DNA from: an uncultured Bacteroidales bacterium
GTDB lineage: Bacteria; Bacteroidota; Bacteroidia; Bacteroidales; UBA932
NCBI GenBank assembly: GCA_946545765.1
Contig: CAMNNS010000001.1
Coordinates: 1 to 57,311 of the forward strand
Length of the DNA stretch: 57,311 nt
Reading direction: 5' to 3'
In this document: positions 1 to 9,766 of the stretch, one piece after another
Numbering within the stretch: the first letter of the stretch is position 1
Layout: each line of letters opens with the position of its first letter
Position numbers and translations under genes: made by a program
The notes under the pieces: generated by a model
Told to the model about the DNA's origin: nothing
The model's input: only the letters and a program-made list of their open reading frames with translations
The model's database searches: none

Positions 1-441
1 TCCATTGTCTATTTTCCTTTTTAACGCCACTATAGAATCGTGTAAGCGTAATTGTAGAATGGTATATCCTTTTTTTCCTGTCTCTTTCTCCATCTCAATT
101 AAATTATCTATGTTATAAGGATTTAGCACAATTGGTTTTTCACATATAACATCACATCCAAGACGCAACCCATAGCGGATAAACGCATCGTGAGTGTAAT
201 TTGGCGTACAAATAGATAAATAATCAATACGATTGCTTCCGCGTTGCTGTTTTGAACAAAATCTGTCAAATTGCTCGTTTTCTGTAAAAAAAGAAGCGTC
301 TGGAAATGAGCTGTCTAAACGACCAACAGAATCAAATTTATCGTACGCCACCAAAAGATTATTTCCTGTATCTTTTATCGCTTTTATATGACGTGGTGCT
401 ATGTATCCAGCAACACCAACTAATGCAAAATTTTTTGACAT
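1..441 (-). CDS. wbpB: Gfo/Idh/MocA oxidoreductase, WbpB-like (UDP-2-acetamido-2-deoxy-glucuronate 3-dehydrogenase family); 3' end cut by window edge
   Basis: Not in the ORF track because it runs off the window. The reverse complement from ATG (441-439) reads MSKNFALVGVAGYIAPRHIKAIKDTGNNLLVAYDKFDSVG...YLSICTPNYTHDAF...LGCDVICEKP. This is collinear with the N-terminal Rossmann part of Pseudomonas WbpB as I recall it. Confidence 0.75.
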   Translation of the reverse strand, partial: MSKNFALVGVAGYIAPRHIKAIKDTGNNLLVAYDKFDSVGRLDSSFPDASFFTENEQFDRFCSKQQRGSNRIDYLSICTPNYTHDAFIRYGLRLGCDVICEKPIVLNPYNIDNLIEMEKETGKKGYTILQLRLHDSIVALKRKIDNG

Positions 442-534
442 ATATAATTTATTTAGCCCTTAAAAGTAAGCAATATTTTTATTCAATAGTACAAAACATT
501 AATCTAAACAGAGTTAATGAATTTATTACTAATC

Positions 535-1626
535 TTATATTGATGATGGTTTTATAATATGAGACCAACAAGAGCGGATAAAAGATAATATAATGTTCTC
601 GGGATAACACATTTTGTGCTTCCACAAGTTCCCCTTCCACCTTCGATATTTGTAAATAATACGAGGGAGTAATTTTTTGGGGAACTTCTCTTGATATTTT
701 GTTGTCATAATATCGTTAAAGACTTTATTTTTGAGTTTAGGGGAGCTAATTATATCCGGAAAAATCTCTTTTGAGAAGTTTAAATACTCTACACAAATTG
801 AGTTTAAACAGGATAAAAAATCTATCATCTTATATTGTTTTGCTATCTCGATAAGCCAATTCCAATCAATACTTTTAGTGTTAGATTTAACATAAAAACC
901 CCAATCTAACACTTGCCTCAAATTTATCCCACTTGCAGCAAAATGAACCAAAGAGTGTCTTAAAATAAAGAGTGTTCCTAAATTTGGAGATGGTATATAA
1001 ACTCTTGATCCTTCTATATCTATGACATTACTATCATCTTTCCCTAATTCTTTGAAAATTTTTTCTAAGCAAGCATTAGAACGATGAGAATATACATTCA
1101 CAAAATCATAATGATTTTCAACCACTTGCTCTTTAAAGAAAAATACCGTATGATGGTGGTGCCCTTTATCAATTGATATACCTAATTCTCTTTTTATAGC
1201 TTGATCAGATTCTTTATGTTTACCAAAGTTCCAAATATCTATATCTCCATAAGGACGATGCTCTGGTTTTGGCCAGTAATAACCACAAGCATAACCTTTA
1301 AGTAGCATCATTTTAATGTTATGAGAGTTATAAAAATTTGCCAATTCAGAAACTGCTTGCAGATATTGTTTATACCTCCATTCAAATGATTTTAAAGTGG
1401 TTGCTATTATTTTCCACTGCAACTCTTTATTCATCGCTCTATTATTTGTAGCAAGACCGCTCTCTACCAATACACTATAACCATCAAGCAGTATTGCTAA
1501 TAACCCATGCCACTTAGCAAAATGAATGATTTTAGACCAATCTATATTATCAGGAATAGGTTCTTCTGTTTTGATTGTTGAATTGCCTACCCCTAAGCGT
1601 ATAAGAGATAAAAAGAGTTTATTCAT
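535..1626 (-). CDS. Uncharacterised nucleotidyltransferase-family protein (NTP_transf_5-like) typical of capsule loci
   Basis: 363-aa ORF with an ATG start. It has a GDIDIW motif and a downstream His-rich KGHHHH segment, as in minimal nucleotidyltransferase folds. Capsule-locus context supports the call. The family assignment is from memory. Confidence 0.5.
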   Translation of the reverse strand: MNKLFLSLIRLGVGNSTIKTEEPIPDNIDWSKIIHFAKWHGLLAILLDGYSVLVESGLATNNRAMNKELQWKIIATTLKSFEWRYKQYLQAVSELANFYNSHNIKMMLLKGYACGYYWPKPEHRPYGDIDIWNFGKHKESDQAIKRELGISIDKGHHHHTVFFFKEQVVENHYDFVNVYSHRSNACLEKIFKELGKDDSNVIDIEGSRVYIPSPNLGTLFILRHSLVHFAASGINLRQVLDWGFYVKSNTKSIDWNWLIEIAKQYKMIDFLSCLNSICVEYLNFSKEIFPDIISSPKLKNKVFNDIMTTKYQEKFPKKLLPRIIYKYRRWKGNLWKHKMCYPENIILSFIRSCWSHIIKPSSI

Positions 1627-1767
1627 ATAAATTTTCTTAGAAAGAATTAATCTAATATTTCTACAAATTTAAGATTATAAGCCAAAAGCAACAAGAATTA
1701 CAAAATAATATTGGTGCCTTTAATAGAGATAAAGACACCAATACTAATACATTACTTATTCACGTTT

Positions 1768-4245
1768 TTATTTTCTAAAAATAATCCAAAATATCTTTGA
1801 TAATAAAGACCTTTTCTTCCCTTCATACTCATCTTTGCCATAACCGTAACCATAGCCATAGCCATAACCGTAACCATAACCATAGCCATAACCGCTATAA
1901 CCATAATAACCATAGCCATAACCCTTCTTAGAAAACTTGATTGAATTCAAAATTATGCACATATTTTTAAGGGCATCTGTTTTATATAGTTTATCCACCT
2001 CAACCACTTGTCTTCTATCCATCTGACCTGCTCTAATAATAAATATTGTTAAATCACACACCTTGTTTACAATATTGGCATCCGCTACAACACCCACTGG
2101 CACATTATCTAAGAAAATATAGTCATAACTATTTTTTAATGTTGCAATCAAATTTTTTAGTTTATCAGTCATTAACAACTCTGTAGGATTAGGAGGTATA
2201 GGACCCGCAAAGATTATATCCAATGAGCTTCCCCATATTCCTTTATGAATAATCTGCTCTACATTATCTACTTTTCCACTTAGATAAGTCGTTAATCCAA
2301 TTGGATTAATTACCTTTTCTTGCTCTTCTGAAGCATTTACAAACTTTTCAATAGTTGCTTTACGAATATCGGTGTCTATCAAAATAACTTTCTTCCCTGC
2401 TTGTGCAAAAGAAACCGCCAAGTTGGTAGATACAAAGGTTTTACCACTACCCGGGTTAAACGATGTAAACATTACAACTTTTTTATCTGAGTTATTGTTG
2501 GTATTCATAAAGTCCATATTTGTCCTCACAACTCTAAACGCCTCGGATAATGAATCTCTGCCATCAACTCTAACAACAATTTGTCTTCCAGATATTCTCT
2601 CTTTTTTAGGGACTTCTCCGAGGAAAGGAGCACGAGTAATCGCCTCTATATCAAACCTATTACGAACAAATACATCTAATAGATTGAGCATCCATAAAAT
2701 CAAACCAGGGATCAATAACCCTATAATGAGAGCAAATAAAAAGATTTGCCTCTTTCTTGGAGACGTAGGATTTAAAGGACCTGTTGCCTCATCTATAACA
2801 CGCAAAGAACTCTCTGTGGCAGCACTTGCCAAAGCATTTTCTTCTCTTTTGTTAAGCAAATACAAGTAGAGCTCTTCTTTAATTTTTTGTTGACGCTCAG
2901 CGCCTAACAAAACCTCTTGCACCTTTGGAATACTTGATAATAAACCTTGTGTTGCACCAGTTTTAGCCTTTACATTCACTTTCTGGCGAGACAAGGTAGA
3001 AATAGAGTTATCCAAAGCGACTAAGATTGCACTTTTAATAGAGGACAACTCTTCCTTTAAGGTACTTACCGTTGGGTTACTCTCTCCCGCAACTGTTAGC
3101 ATTTTATCTCTCTCTAACTTCTTTGCATTGTAATTTGCAATTTGGGATTCAATTGGACCTGGTAACCCAATATTAGAAGGTATTAGTTTGTCTGAATTTG
3201 CGTTATTGTTCAAGAATTCTTTTACATATTGAGCCATACTTAGTTGGTTCTCCAAGTCTAACTCTCTTGCACTATAAGAGGATCTCTCTTGTATCAGACC
3301 TTGAATTTGAAGATTAGCATTTGAGTATCCTCTTGAACTTCTCACATCTGCAATCTCTGCATCTACATCACCTAAGTCTTTTCCTAAAATAAGTAATCTT
3401 TCAGTTATAAATTTTTCTGTTGCTTCAGCAACTTTGTTTTTAGATTGTATCGCATCTTCTTTGTAAGCCCAAATCAATGTATTCAAAATATCTTCTGCTC
3501 TCTGACGCGATGGGTCTGAGATAACCAAAGAAATCACTGTTGCTTGCTTATCTACAATGCTTGCTTTTAAGCGATTCTTATAATTTAGTACCGCTCTCTT
3601 AAAAGAGTATTTTTTTACTGTTATTGTTTTTCCTATATATCTTTCAAATGATTCTGTTGGAGTTATTGAAATGGATCCAAAAAATGTATTAACTGTATCA
3701 TTAAGAGGTACAGTAATTCTTTGAGATGGAAATTCAGTAAAAAGAAAATCGTATAATTCAACTTCATTTGAATTTTTAATAAACGCTTTAAACAGTATAA
3801 AAAACTCTGAATCTTGACTTACAAAATCTACTCTTAAAGGGGAGTCTAAATAGAGAGTATTCTCTCTCAATCCTTCTCTATAAGTATATTCCTTTGTTAA
3901 CTCCAAGGAGCTAACAACCATTGACATCAAATTGGTAGATTTAAAAACATAAAGTTCATTATTCACATCAGAGTTTATCATACCAAATCCGCCAATCTCT
4001 TGGAACAAAGAGGCTTGACTCATTCCTCCTCCCTTTCTGGCACTCTTTATCAAAACTGTCGCTCCACTTGTATATCCCTTTGGAGTGCTCATTATAAACA
4101 AAGAAGCCAATACAAAGCAAAACAAAACACTCAAGAAAAACCACAATCTACTACCCCAAAAAAGATTCCATATATCTCTATAATAAAGAACCCTTTCTTT
4201 TGTTTCTTCTTGTATCAACTGTTCGGATTTCTTAACTTCTTCCAT
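1768..4245 (-). CDS. wzc: Polysaccharide co-polymerase / BY-kinase (Wzc/Ptk-type tyrosine autokinase)
   Basis: 825 aa with two TM segments flanking a long coiled periplasmic domain. Walker A is SFNPGSGKTF, Walker A' is ILIDTDIRK and Walker B is DYIFLDNVP. It has a C-terminal Tyr cluster and sits next to wza. Confidence 0.9.
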   Translation of the reverse strand: MEEVKKSEQLIQEETKERVLYYRDIWNLFWGSRLWFFLSVLFCFVLASLFIMSTPKGYTSGATVLIKSARKGGGMSQASLFQEIGGFGMINSDVNNELYVFKSTNLMSMVVSSLELTKEYTYREGLRENTLYLDSPLRVDFVSQDSEFFILFKAFIKNSNEVELYDFLFTEFPSQRITVPLNDTVNTFFGSISITPTESFERYIGKTITVKKYSFKRAVLNYKNRLKASIVDKQATVISLVISDPSRQRAEDILNTLIWAYKEDAIQSKNKVAEATEKFITERLLILGKDLGDVDAEIADVRSSRGYSNANLQIQGLIQERSSYSARELDLENQLSMAQYVKEFLNNNANSDKLIPSNIGLPGPIESQIANYNAKKLERDKMLTVAGESNPTVSTLKEELSSIKSAILVALDNSISTLSRQKVNVKAKTGATQGLLSSIPKVQEVLLGAERQQKIKEELYLYLLNKREENALASAATESSLRVIDEATGPLNPTSPRKRQIFLFALIIGLLIPGLILWMLNLLDVFVRNRFDIEAITRAPFLGEVPKKERISGRQIVVRVDGRDSLSEAFRVVRTNMDFMNTNNNSDKKVVMFTSFNPGSGKTFVSTNLAVSFAQAGKKVILIDTDIRKATIEKFVNASEEQEKVINPIGLTTYLSGKVDNVEQIIHKGIWGSSLDIIFAGPIPPNPTELLMTDKLKNLIATLKNSYDYIFLDNVPVGVVADANIVNKVCDLTIFIIRAGQMDRRQVVEVDKLYKTDALKNMCIILNSIKFSKKGYGYGYYGYSGYGYGYGYGYGYGYGYGYGKDEYEGKKRSLLSKIFWIIFRK
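1837..1923 (-). repeat. Imperfect hexanucleotide (GGN-TAY)n coding repeat specifying the (GY)n tail of Wzc
   Basis: The plus strand reads gccataaccgtaaccatagccatagccataaccgtaacc... It translates on the minus strand to GYGYGYYGYSGYGYGYGYGYGYGYGYGYG. Confidence 0.9.
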
Positions 4246-4257
4246 ATCTCAAAACAT

Positions 4258-5064
4258 TTATTTATTCAAATTCACAAGTATTCCTAATGAGGAGATTAAA
4301 ATTGATGCTAATGATAACCAAACGCCTGCTGTATTATTTTGGTTTATATTTGTCTGTTGAGCCCTTCTTTTGTTAGGTTTAACATAAACCATATCATTCT
4401 GCTGAAGATAAAATGCTGAAGACTTAACAAAATCAGAGTCTAACAAATTAAAGTAGTGATACTCCCTCTCCCCTTCTGTTGTCTCCCTTATCACAAGAAC
4501 ACTATCTCTTCTCCCATAAATTGTTAAATCGCCTGCCATCGCGATTGCATCCAAAACTGATACTCTGTCATTATCAATCCCATATCTGTTTGGACGAACA
4601 ACCTCTCCCAATACAAAGATTTGGAAATTTCTTAACTGAACTATTACAACTGCATCTTTTAGATGATCTCCTTCCCTCAATAGGTCTGCTATTTTGTTCT
4701 CTACTTCAGATCTTGTTAAACCTGCAACTTGCAATTTCCCAAGTACAGGGAAACTGATATATCCTTCGCTATCCACCACATACAAAGGATATGGTGCCCC
4801 CTGAGCCCAATAAGTTGCACCTGTTTTCAAGTTATAAGGGGATGCTGCATCTTCCTCTTTACTACTTACAGTAATGAATAATTTGTCGTTAGGTCTAATC
4901 TTTACATCTGAATAGTTAGATATTATCTCTTTACTATTATCAACAATATCTTGTAAATAAACAATTTTCTTTGTCGATTTACAACCCACTAAAAAAAACA
5001 TCCCTATCAAAAAGAGAGAAAACATCTTCATAAAACGCATTGTTGTGCTATCAATTCTTTGCAT
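4258..5064 (-). CDS. wza: Polysaccharide export outer-membrane lipoprotein (Wza family)
   Basis: 268 aa with a lipoprotein signal (FFLVGC). It has a Poly_export-type N-domain (PNDKLFITV, LYVVDSEGYISFPVLGKLQVAGLT) and a SLBB-like segment. It lies directly upstream of wzc. The true start may be an internal Met (M9, M12 or M14). Confidence 0.85.
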   Translation of the reverse strand: MQRIDSTTMRFMKMFSLFLIGMFFLVGCKSTKKIVYLQDIVDNSKEIISNYSDVKIRPNDKLFITVSSKEEDAASPYNLKTGATYWAQGAPYPLYVVDSEGYISFPVLGKLQVAGLTRSEVENKIADLLREGDHLKDAVVIVQLRNFQIFVLGEVVRPNRYGIDNDRVSVLDAIAMAGDLTIYGRRDSVLVIRETTEGEREYHYFNLLDSDFVKSSAFYLQQNDMVYVKPNKRRAQQTNINQNNTAGVWLSLASILISSLGILVNLNK

Positions 5065-5096
5065 ATCTTATATTTATATTTGTTTCTTTTAACCCA

Positions 5097-5127
5097 CAAA
5101 TTTAATGATTTTATTCGTAAAGGCAAA
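5097..5127 (-). promoter_or_regulatory. Bacteroidota sigma-A type promoter upstream of wza (TTTG-N19-TAAATTTG)
   Basis: On the minus strand, TTTG (5127-5124) is followed by a 19-nt spacer and TAAATTTG (5104-5097). The -7 box ends 32 nt before the wza ATG. Confidence 0.5.
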
Positions 5128-5165
5128 TCAAAAAAACACTTATTTTATTAGAGAAATCCGAATTA

Positions 5166-6437
5166 TCACAATCTGCCATCAATTTGGTCGAAATCTAAAA
5201 ATCCTTTTACATCAAAAACAACCCCTTGTTTAGATAAAAGAGTTTTGATTTTTAGGCTCTTAAATTCTTTATGGGCCACTGCAAGTATTACGGCATCAAA
5301 TTTTTGGGAAGGTATTTTGTTTTCTATTTTTACACCATATTCTTGTTTTGACATCTTTATATCTGCCCAAGGATCATAGATATATGGTTCTACCCCGTAA
5401 TTTTTAAGGGAGTTTATTATATCAAAAACTTTTGTGTTTCTTACATCAGGACAATTCTCTTTAAAAGTAAATCCCAATACTAATATCTTGCTTTTTAGAA
5501 TCTCTATCTTATTTTTCAACATCAACTTAATAACTCTATTAGCGACATATTCTCCCATACTATCATTTACTCTTCTCCCCGCCAATATTATCTCGGGATT
5601 ATATCCTTTTCTCTGAGCACTTTGTGCAAGATAGTATGGATCTACCCCTATACAATGCCCGCCTACTAATCCCGGACGGAAATGGAGAAAGTTCCACTTT
5701 GTACCTGCTGCTTCTAAAACATCGTGAGTATCAATCTCCATCTTCTCAAAAATTTTTGAAAGTTCGTTTACAAAGGCAATATTTATATCTCTTTGAGAAT
5801 TTTCTATAACTTTAGCTGCTTCAGCCACTTTAATTGTTGGAGCTTTATGCGTTCCTGCTAAAATTACACTTGAATAGACTTTATCTATTAGTGTTGCAGC
5901 TTTAGGTGTACTCCCCGATGTAATCTTTTTTATTTTTTCGATAGTATGAAGTTTATCTCCTGGGTTTATCCTCTCGGGAGAATATCCGGCAAAAAAATCT
6001 TTATTAAACTTTAAACCGCTAACTCTCTCCACTACAGGGATACACTCTTCTTCTGTTACTCCGGGATAAACAGTTGATTCATACACTACTATATCATTTT
6101 TAGAGATAACTTTTCCTACTATTTCACTCGCATTATAAAGTGGAGTGAGATTCGGCTTTTTGTCCTTATCTACAGGGGTAGGTACTGCAACTATATAAAA
6201 ATTACAATCTTTTATCTCATTGATGTCGGATGTACATATTAGACCTTTTTTATTTATAGCCTCTTTTAATAGCTTGTCATCTACTTCTAAGGTGGAATCA
6301 TGCCCTTTTTCCAGCTCCCTTACCCTTTTAACATCTTTATCAAACCCTATAGTTTGATATTTTGTAGAAAACAATCTTGCAAGTGGGAGACCTACATATC
6401 CGAGTCCTATTACTGCTATTTTAATTCTTGTGTTCAT
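5166..6437 (-). CDS. UDP-N-acetyl-hexosamine 6-dehydrogenase (TviB/WbpO/WbpA nucleotide-sugar dehydrogenase family)
   Basis: 423 aa. It is collinear with S. Typhi TviB as recalled: IAVIGLGYVGLPLA, VYESTVYPG.TEEEC, GYSPERINPGDK, KVAEAAKVIEN.QRD, GLVGGHCIGVDPYY, GFTFKENCPD.RNT. Confidence 0.85.
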   Translation of the reverse strand: MNTRIKIAVIGLGYVGLPLARLFSTKYQTIGFDKDVKRVRELEKGHDSTLEVDDKLLKEAINKKGLICTSDINEIKDCNFYIVAVPTPVDKDKKPNLTPLYNASEIVGKVISKNDIVVYESTVYPGVTEEECIPVVERVSGLKFNKDFFAGYSPERINPGDKLHTIEKIKKITSGSTPKAATLIDKVYSSVILAGTHKAPTIKVAEAAKVIENSQRDINIAFVNELSKIFEKMEIDTHDVLEAAGTKWNFLHFRPGLVGGHCIGVDPYYLAQSAQRKGYNPEIILAGRRVNDSMGEYVANRVIKLMLKNKIEILKSKILVLGFTFKENCPDVRNTKVFDIINSLKNYGVEPYIYDPWADIKMSKQEYGVKIENKIPSQKFDAVILAVAHKEFKSLKIKTLLSKQGVVFDVKGFLDFDQIDGRL

Positions 6438-6454
6438 TAAATAATCTTACTATT

Positions 6455-7423
6455 TTATAAGTTTTCTCTATACCATTTACACGCCTCTATAAGTCCTTCT
6501 TTTATAGAATATTTTGGTGTATAAGATAAAAGGTTTTTTGCCTTTTCTATATTTGCTAAAGAGTGTGGTATATCTCCCTCTCTAATTGGACCATAAATTG
6601 GTACCACATCTCCTATCGCTGAGTCATAACCTGATAAAATTTGTTTTATGAGTTCAAATAAATTACCAATCGTAGTATTCTCTCCACAAGCTACATTATA
6701 AATCTGATTTACAGCCTCTTTGTTTGTTGTGGTCATACTTAGCATATTCATTTGAATAACATTATCTATATATGTAAAATCTCTGCTAAAACTTCCATCT
6801 CCATTTATTACAGGAGACTCATGATTCAATAACTTTTTAACAAACAAAGGTATAACCGCCGCATATGCCCCATTGGGATCTTGCCTTCTCCCAAAAACAT
6901 TAAAATATCTCAAACCTATATACTCTAAGCCATAAATTTTAGAAAAGACATCAGCATAAAGTTCGTTTACATATTTTGTTACTGCATAAGGAGATAGGGG
7001 CTTCCCTATTCTTTCTTCTACTTTTGGAAGTTCTTTGCTATCTCCATAAGTTGAACTGCTTGCCGCAAAAATAAATCGTTTAACCCCCGCATTTTTAGAA
7101 GCTTCGAGCATATTTACAAATCCCGACACATTAACTTCATTAGTAGTTATTGGGGCTTTTATACTTCTTGGCACACTGCCTAATGCCGCCTCATGCAACA
7201 CATAATCAACCCCTTCTACAGCCTTATTACAATCTTCTATATTTCTAATATCCCCTTCTATTAACTGAAAACTATCTGTGTACTTGCTTATTAAGGAAGA
7301 AATATTCTCGATATGCCCGGTTGAAAAATTATCTAAGCAAACAACATTATTCCCCTCATTGAGAAGATGTTCACATAAATTTGAGCCTATAAAACCTGCT
7401 CCCCCCGTAACTAAAATTTTCAT
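6455..7423 (-). CDS. NAD-dependent UDP-N-acetylhexosamine(uronate) 4-epimerase (WbpP/TviC-like extended SDR)
   Basis: 322 aa with GGAGFIGSN, a YxxxK motif (YAVTKYVNE) and RYFNVFG. It is paired with the TviB-like dehydrogenase. Confidence 0.8.
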   Translation of the reverse strand: MKILVTGGAGFIGSNLCEHLLNEGNNVVCLDNFSTGHIENISSLISKYTDSFQLIEGDIRNIEDCNKAVEGVDYVLHEAALGSVPRSIKAPITTNEVNVSGFVNMLEASKNAGVKRFIFAASSSTYGDSKELPKVEERIGKPLSPYAVTKYVNELYADVFSKIYGLEYIGLRYFNVFGRRQDPNGAYAAVIPLFVKKLLNHESPVINGDGSFSRDFTYIDNVIQMNMLSMTTTNKEAVNQIYNVACGENTTIGNLFELIKQILSGYDSAIGDVVPIYGPIREGDIPHSLANIEKAKNLLSYTPKYSIKEGLIEACKWYRENL

Positions 7424-7439
7424 CTAAAATGAAACAATA

Positions 7440-9554
7440 TTATAGTGCATTAAAATTTTCAATTTTGTCTAACTGCTCATATACAGAATTCTTGCTTTTA
7501 AATTCTGGTACTATCTCTTTCATCAATTTAACGGTTTCTACGAGATTTATAGATTTTGCCAATTCTAAAAGCTTCTCAATTTTTTCTTCCACCACATTAA
7601 ATTCATACTCTTTAACCTTGGCAACAAAGATTTTTTTATTACTTGTTGGTATTGTATTTTCCTTTGTATAAAGCAATTCCTCGTATAGTTTCTCTCCCGG
7701 TCTCAATCCTGTATATACAATTTTTATATCCTTTTCTGGTTCATACCCCGCAAGCCTTATCATTTTTTCTGCTAATTCTGTGATTTTTACAGGCTTACCC
7801 ATATCAAAGACAAATATTTCATATCCTTGTCCTAAAGTAGAAGCCTCAAGAACAAGCCTACATGCCTCAGGAATTGACATAAAATATCTGACAATATCTT
7901 TGTGGGTAACAGTTACAGGTCCCCCTTTTGCTATTTGCTCTTTAAATCTTGGTATAACAGAACCATTTGAACCTAAGACATTTCCAAATCTTGTCGTGAT
8001 AAACTTTGTCTTCCCTTTTATATCCCCTTTCATAACTGCTACACTAAGCGATTGAGTATAAATCTCTGCTATTCTTTTGCTCGCCCCCATTACATTTGTT
8101 GGGTTTACCGCTTTGTCTGTAGAGACCATAATCATTTTTTCGGCGTCATATTTTATCGCCATGTTTGCAACATTTTTTGTCCCATAAACATTAACCCGAA
8201 CTGCTTCTGTTGGATTAAGTTCCATCATTGGTACATGTTTATATGCTGCTGCATGAAAAATAATCTGTGGTTTAAATTTAATGAAAGCACTCTCTAACCT
8301 CTCTATGCTTCTGACATCGCACATATAAAAAGAAAACTTTTGAGAAAACTCAGAGGCTAAATTTTCTATCTCTTTTTCAGAGAGACCTTCTTTGTGTTGC
8401 AACTGTAATCTATAATCTTTTACTATCTGCTCAAACTCTAAAGTTAAATTGTGCATAGGTGTTTCTGCACAGTCTAACATTACTAATCGCGATATGTCAA
8501 ACTTACTAATCAACCTACTCAACTCGCTCCCTATACTCCCTGCAGCCCCTGTAATTAAAACTCTTTTTCCTTTTAAAAATTCTTCTATCTTACTCATATC
8601 AACCCCAAGTTCCTCTCTCCCCAATAAATCTTCTATCTTTATCTCTCTCATAGATATTTTACCTTCAGGCATACCTGAAAGTTCACTCACATTTGGAAAT
8701 ACAAAAATTTTTAAGCCAAGGTTTATTGCTAAATCTACAAGATTATCTTTTTGTTCTGTAACCTGAACCTCACTTGGGAATACTATTGCGTTGATATTAT
8801 ATTTCTTAACAATATGTACAAAGTATTCTTTTTTAGATATATAGAATATTTTTTTCCCGACAAGGATTTGTTTTTTTATAGAGTCCGACATCTTGATAAA
8901 ACCACAGACATTATACTTTCCTCTCCTATATGAGTCTAAGTATTGCTGAACAACAATGCTTCTGTTTTCTATCTCATACACCAGAACATTTCTCCTCTCT
9001 CTCTCCTGTTTCGTTAAAGAGTAATTGTATATATAAACGATAAAAACCCTTGCGAACGACAGTACAGACATTAGTAAACAGGCACACAAAAATTCTATTG
9101 TGATAATTCGTGTAATATTTAAGTTTATTCTCTTCTCAATAACGGTTAAGAAAAAGATTATAAAAATTGCTTCTAATAATGTTTTAATTATCGAAGCAAC
9201 GCTTAATCTCCAAATTTCTGAAGAGGTTGTATGTCTTAATAACCCCCTATATATTCCTGTTGAGAGGAAAGTAATTATACTCGCTGATAGGGATAATATC
9301 AAAATTTTAGATAAAATCTCATAATGAGGAATTCCACCCCTCAAAAAACCAACTATAACATAGGTGAAAAAAGTGATTAAGCTTGCAACTATTACATCAA
9401 AAGCAAAAATATACCACCTATTAACATATTGGGAGTTGACTATTTTTTTAGACATCCATTGCAATGCCCTTTGCAATAAGGGATACTTAATATCTTGTTG
9501 TTTTGCCACTTTGCTAATATTTTTAATAATGCCGCAATTTACTAAAAATTCCAT
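7440..9554 (-). CDS. Membrane-anchored polysaccharide biosynthesis protein CapD/WbpM/PglF-like (UDP-GlcNAc 4,6-dehydratase family)
   Basis: 704 aa with N-terminal TM helices and a C-terminal extended SDR (ITGAAGSIGSEL, HAAAYKHVP, STDKAVNPTNVMGASKR). The alternative start M34 (9455) cannot be excluded. Confidence 0.85.
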   Translation of the reverse strand: MEFLVNCGIIKNISKVAKQQDIKYPLLQRALQWMSKKIVNSQYVNRWYIFAFDVIVASLITFFTYVIVGFLRGGIPHYEILSKILILSLSASIITFLSTGIYRGLLRHTTSSEIWRLSVASIIKTLLEAIFIIFFLTVIEKRINLNITRIITIEFLCACLLMSVLSFARVFIVYIYNYSLTKQERERRNVLVYEIENRSIVVQQYLDSYRRGKYNVCGFIKMSDSIKKQILVGKKIFYISKKEYFVHIVKKYNINAIVFPSEVQVTEQKDNLVDLAINLGLKIFVFPNVSELSGMPEGKISMREIKIEDLLGREELGVDMSKIEEFLKGKRVLITGAAGSIGSELSRLISKFDISRLVMLDCAETPMHNLTLEFEQIVKDYRLQLQHKEGLSEKEIENLASEFSQKFSFYMCDVRSIERLESAFIKFKPQIIFHAAAYKHVPMMELNPTEAVRVNVYGTKNVANMAIKYDAEKMIMVSTDKAVNPTNVMGASKRIAEIYTQSLSVAVMKGDIKGKTKFITTRFGNVLGSNGSVIPRFKEQIAKGGPVTVTHKDIVRYFMSIPEACRLVLEASTLGQGYEIFVFDMGKPVKITELAEKMIRLAGYEPEKDIKIVYTGLRPGEKLYEELLYTKENTIPTSNKKIFVAKVKEYEFNVVEEKIEKLLELAKSINLVETVKLMKEIVPEFKSKNSVYEQLDKIENFNAL

Positions 9555-9766
9555 TCTGTAGATACTAAACCCCTTATGTTTATTGCTATAAACTTATTTT
9601 TTACTTTTTTTTGAATATAACTGCAACATCTTTCTAACAATATGCATCTATAAAATGTAGGTTTAGGTTTTAGTATTTAAGGCAGTCTCCTTTTTTTCTC
9701 GGGGGCTGCTTTTGTATTTGTTTTTTATAAAAAATTCTTCTTCCTTTGCACAAAACTTAAAACCTT

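Noticed and set aside
306-557. 83-aa plus-strand ORF spanning the wbpB-like start and the following spacer.
   Set aside because: It is antisense to the strongly supported WbpB-like N-terminus, and the sequence is low-complexity and AT-driven.
1837-1923. Regular short DNA repeat that superficially looks like a microsatellite or CRISPR-like periodicity.
   Set aside because: It has a 6-nt period, lies fully inside the wzc reading frame and encodes (GY)n. There are no spacers, so it is not a CRISPR array.
2372-2869. Long antisense ORFs nested in well-supported genes. Examples: 2372-2869 in wzc, 15134-15643 in the thiL-like gene, 26574-26915 in secDF, 8449-8766 in the capD-like gene, 16984-17286 and 18073-18381 in dnaE, and the four minus-strand ORFs at 38183-38971 inside the SDR gene.
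   Set aside because: Each lies entirely opposite a gene with clear family motifs. Their translations are low-complexity (Ser/Leu/Phe/Ile-rich) with no recognisable motif, and they have no promoter context. This is the typical open antisense frame of codon-biased genes.
9557-9682. Imperfect inverted repeat (TGTAGATACTAAACCCC ... AGGTTTTAGTATTTAAGG) flanking about 90 bp upstream of the first capsule gene. This would be a possible invertible (phase-variable) promoter as in Bacteroides capsule loci.
   Set aside because: Only about 13/18 positions match, with an indel, in AT-rich DNA. The enclosed segment is much shorter than known invertible promoters, it has no resemblance to the known Bacteroides IR core, and no invertase gene is nearby.
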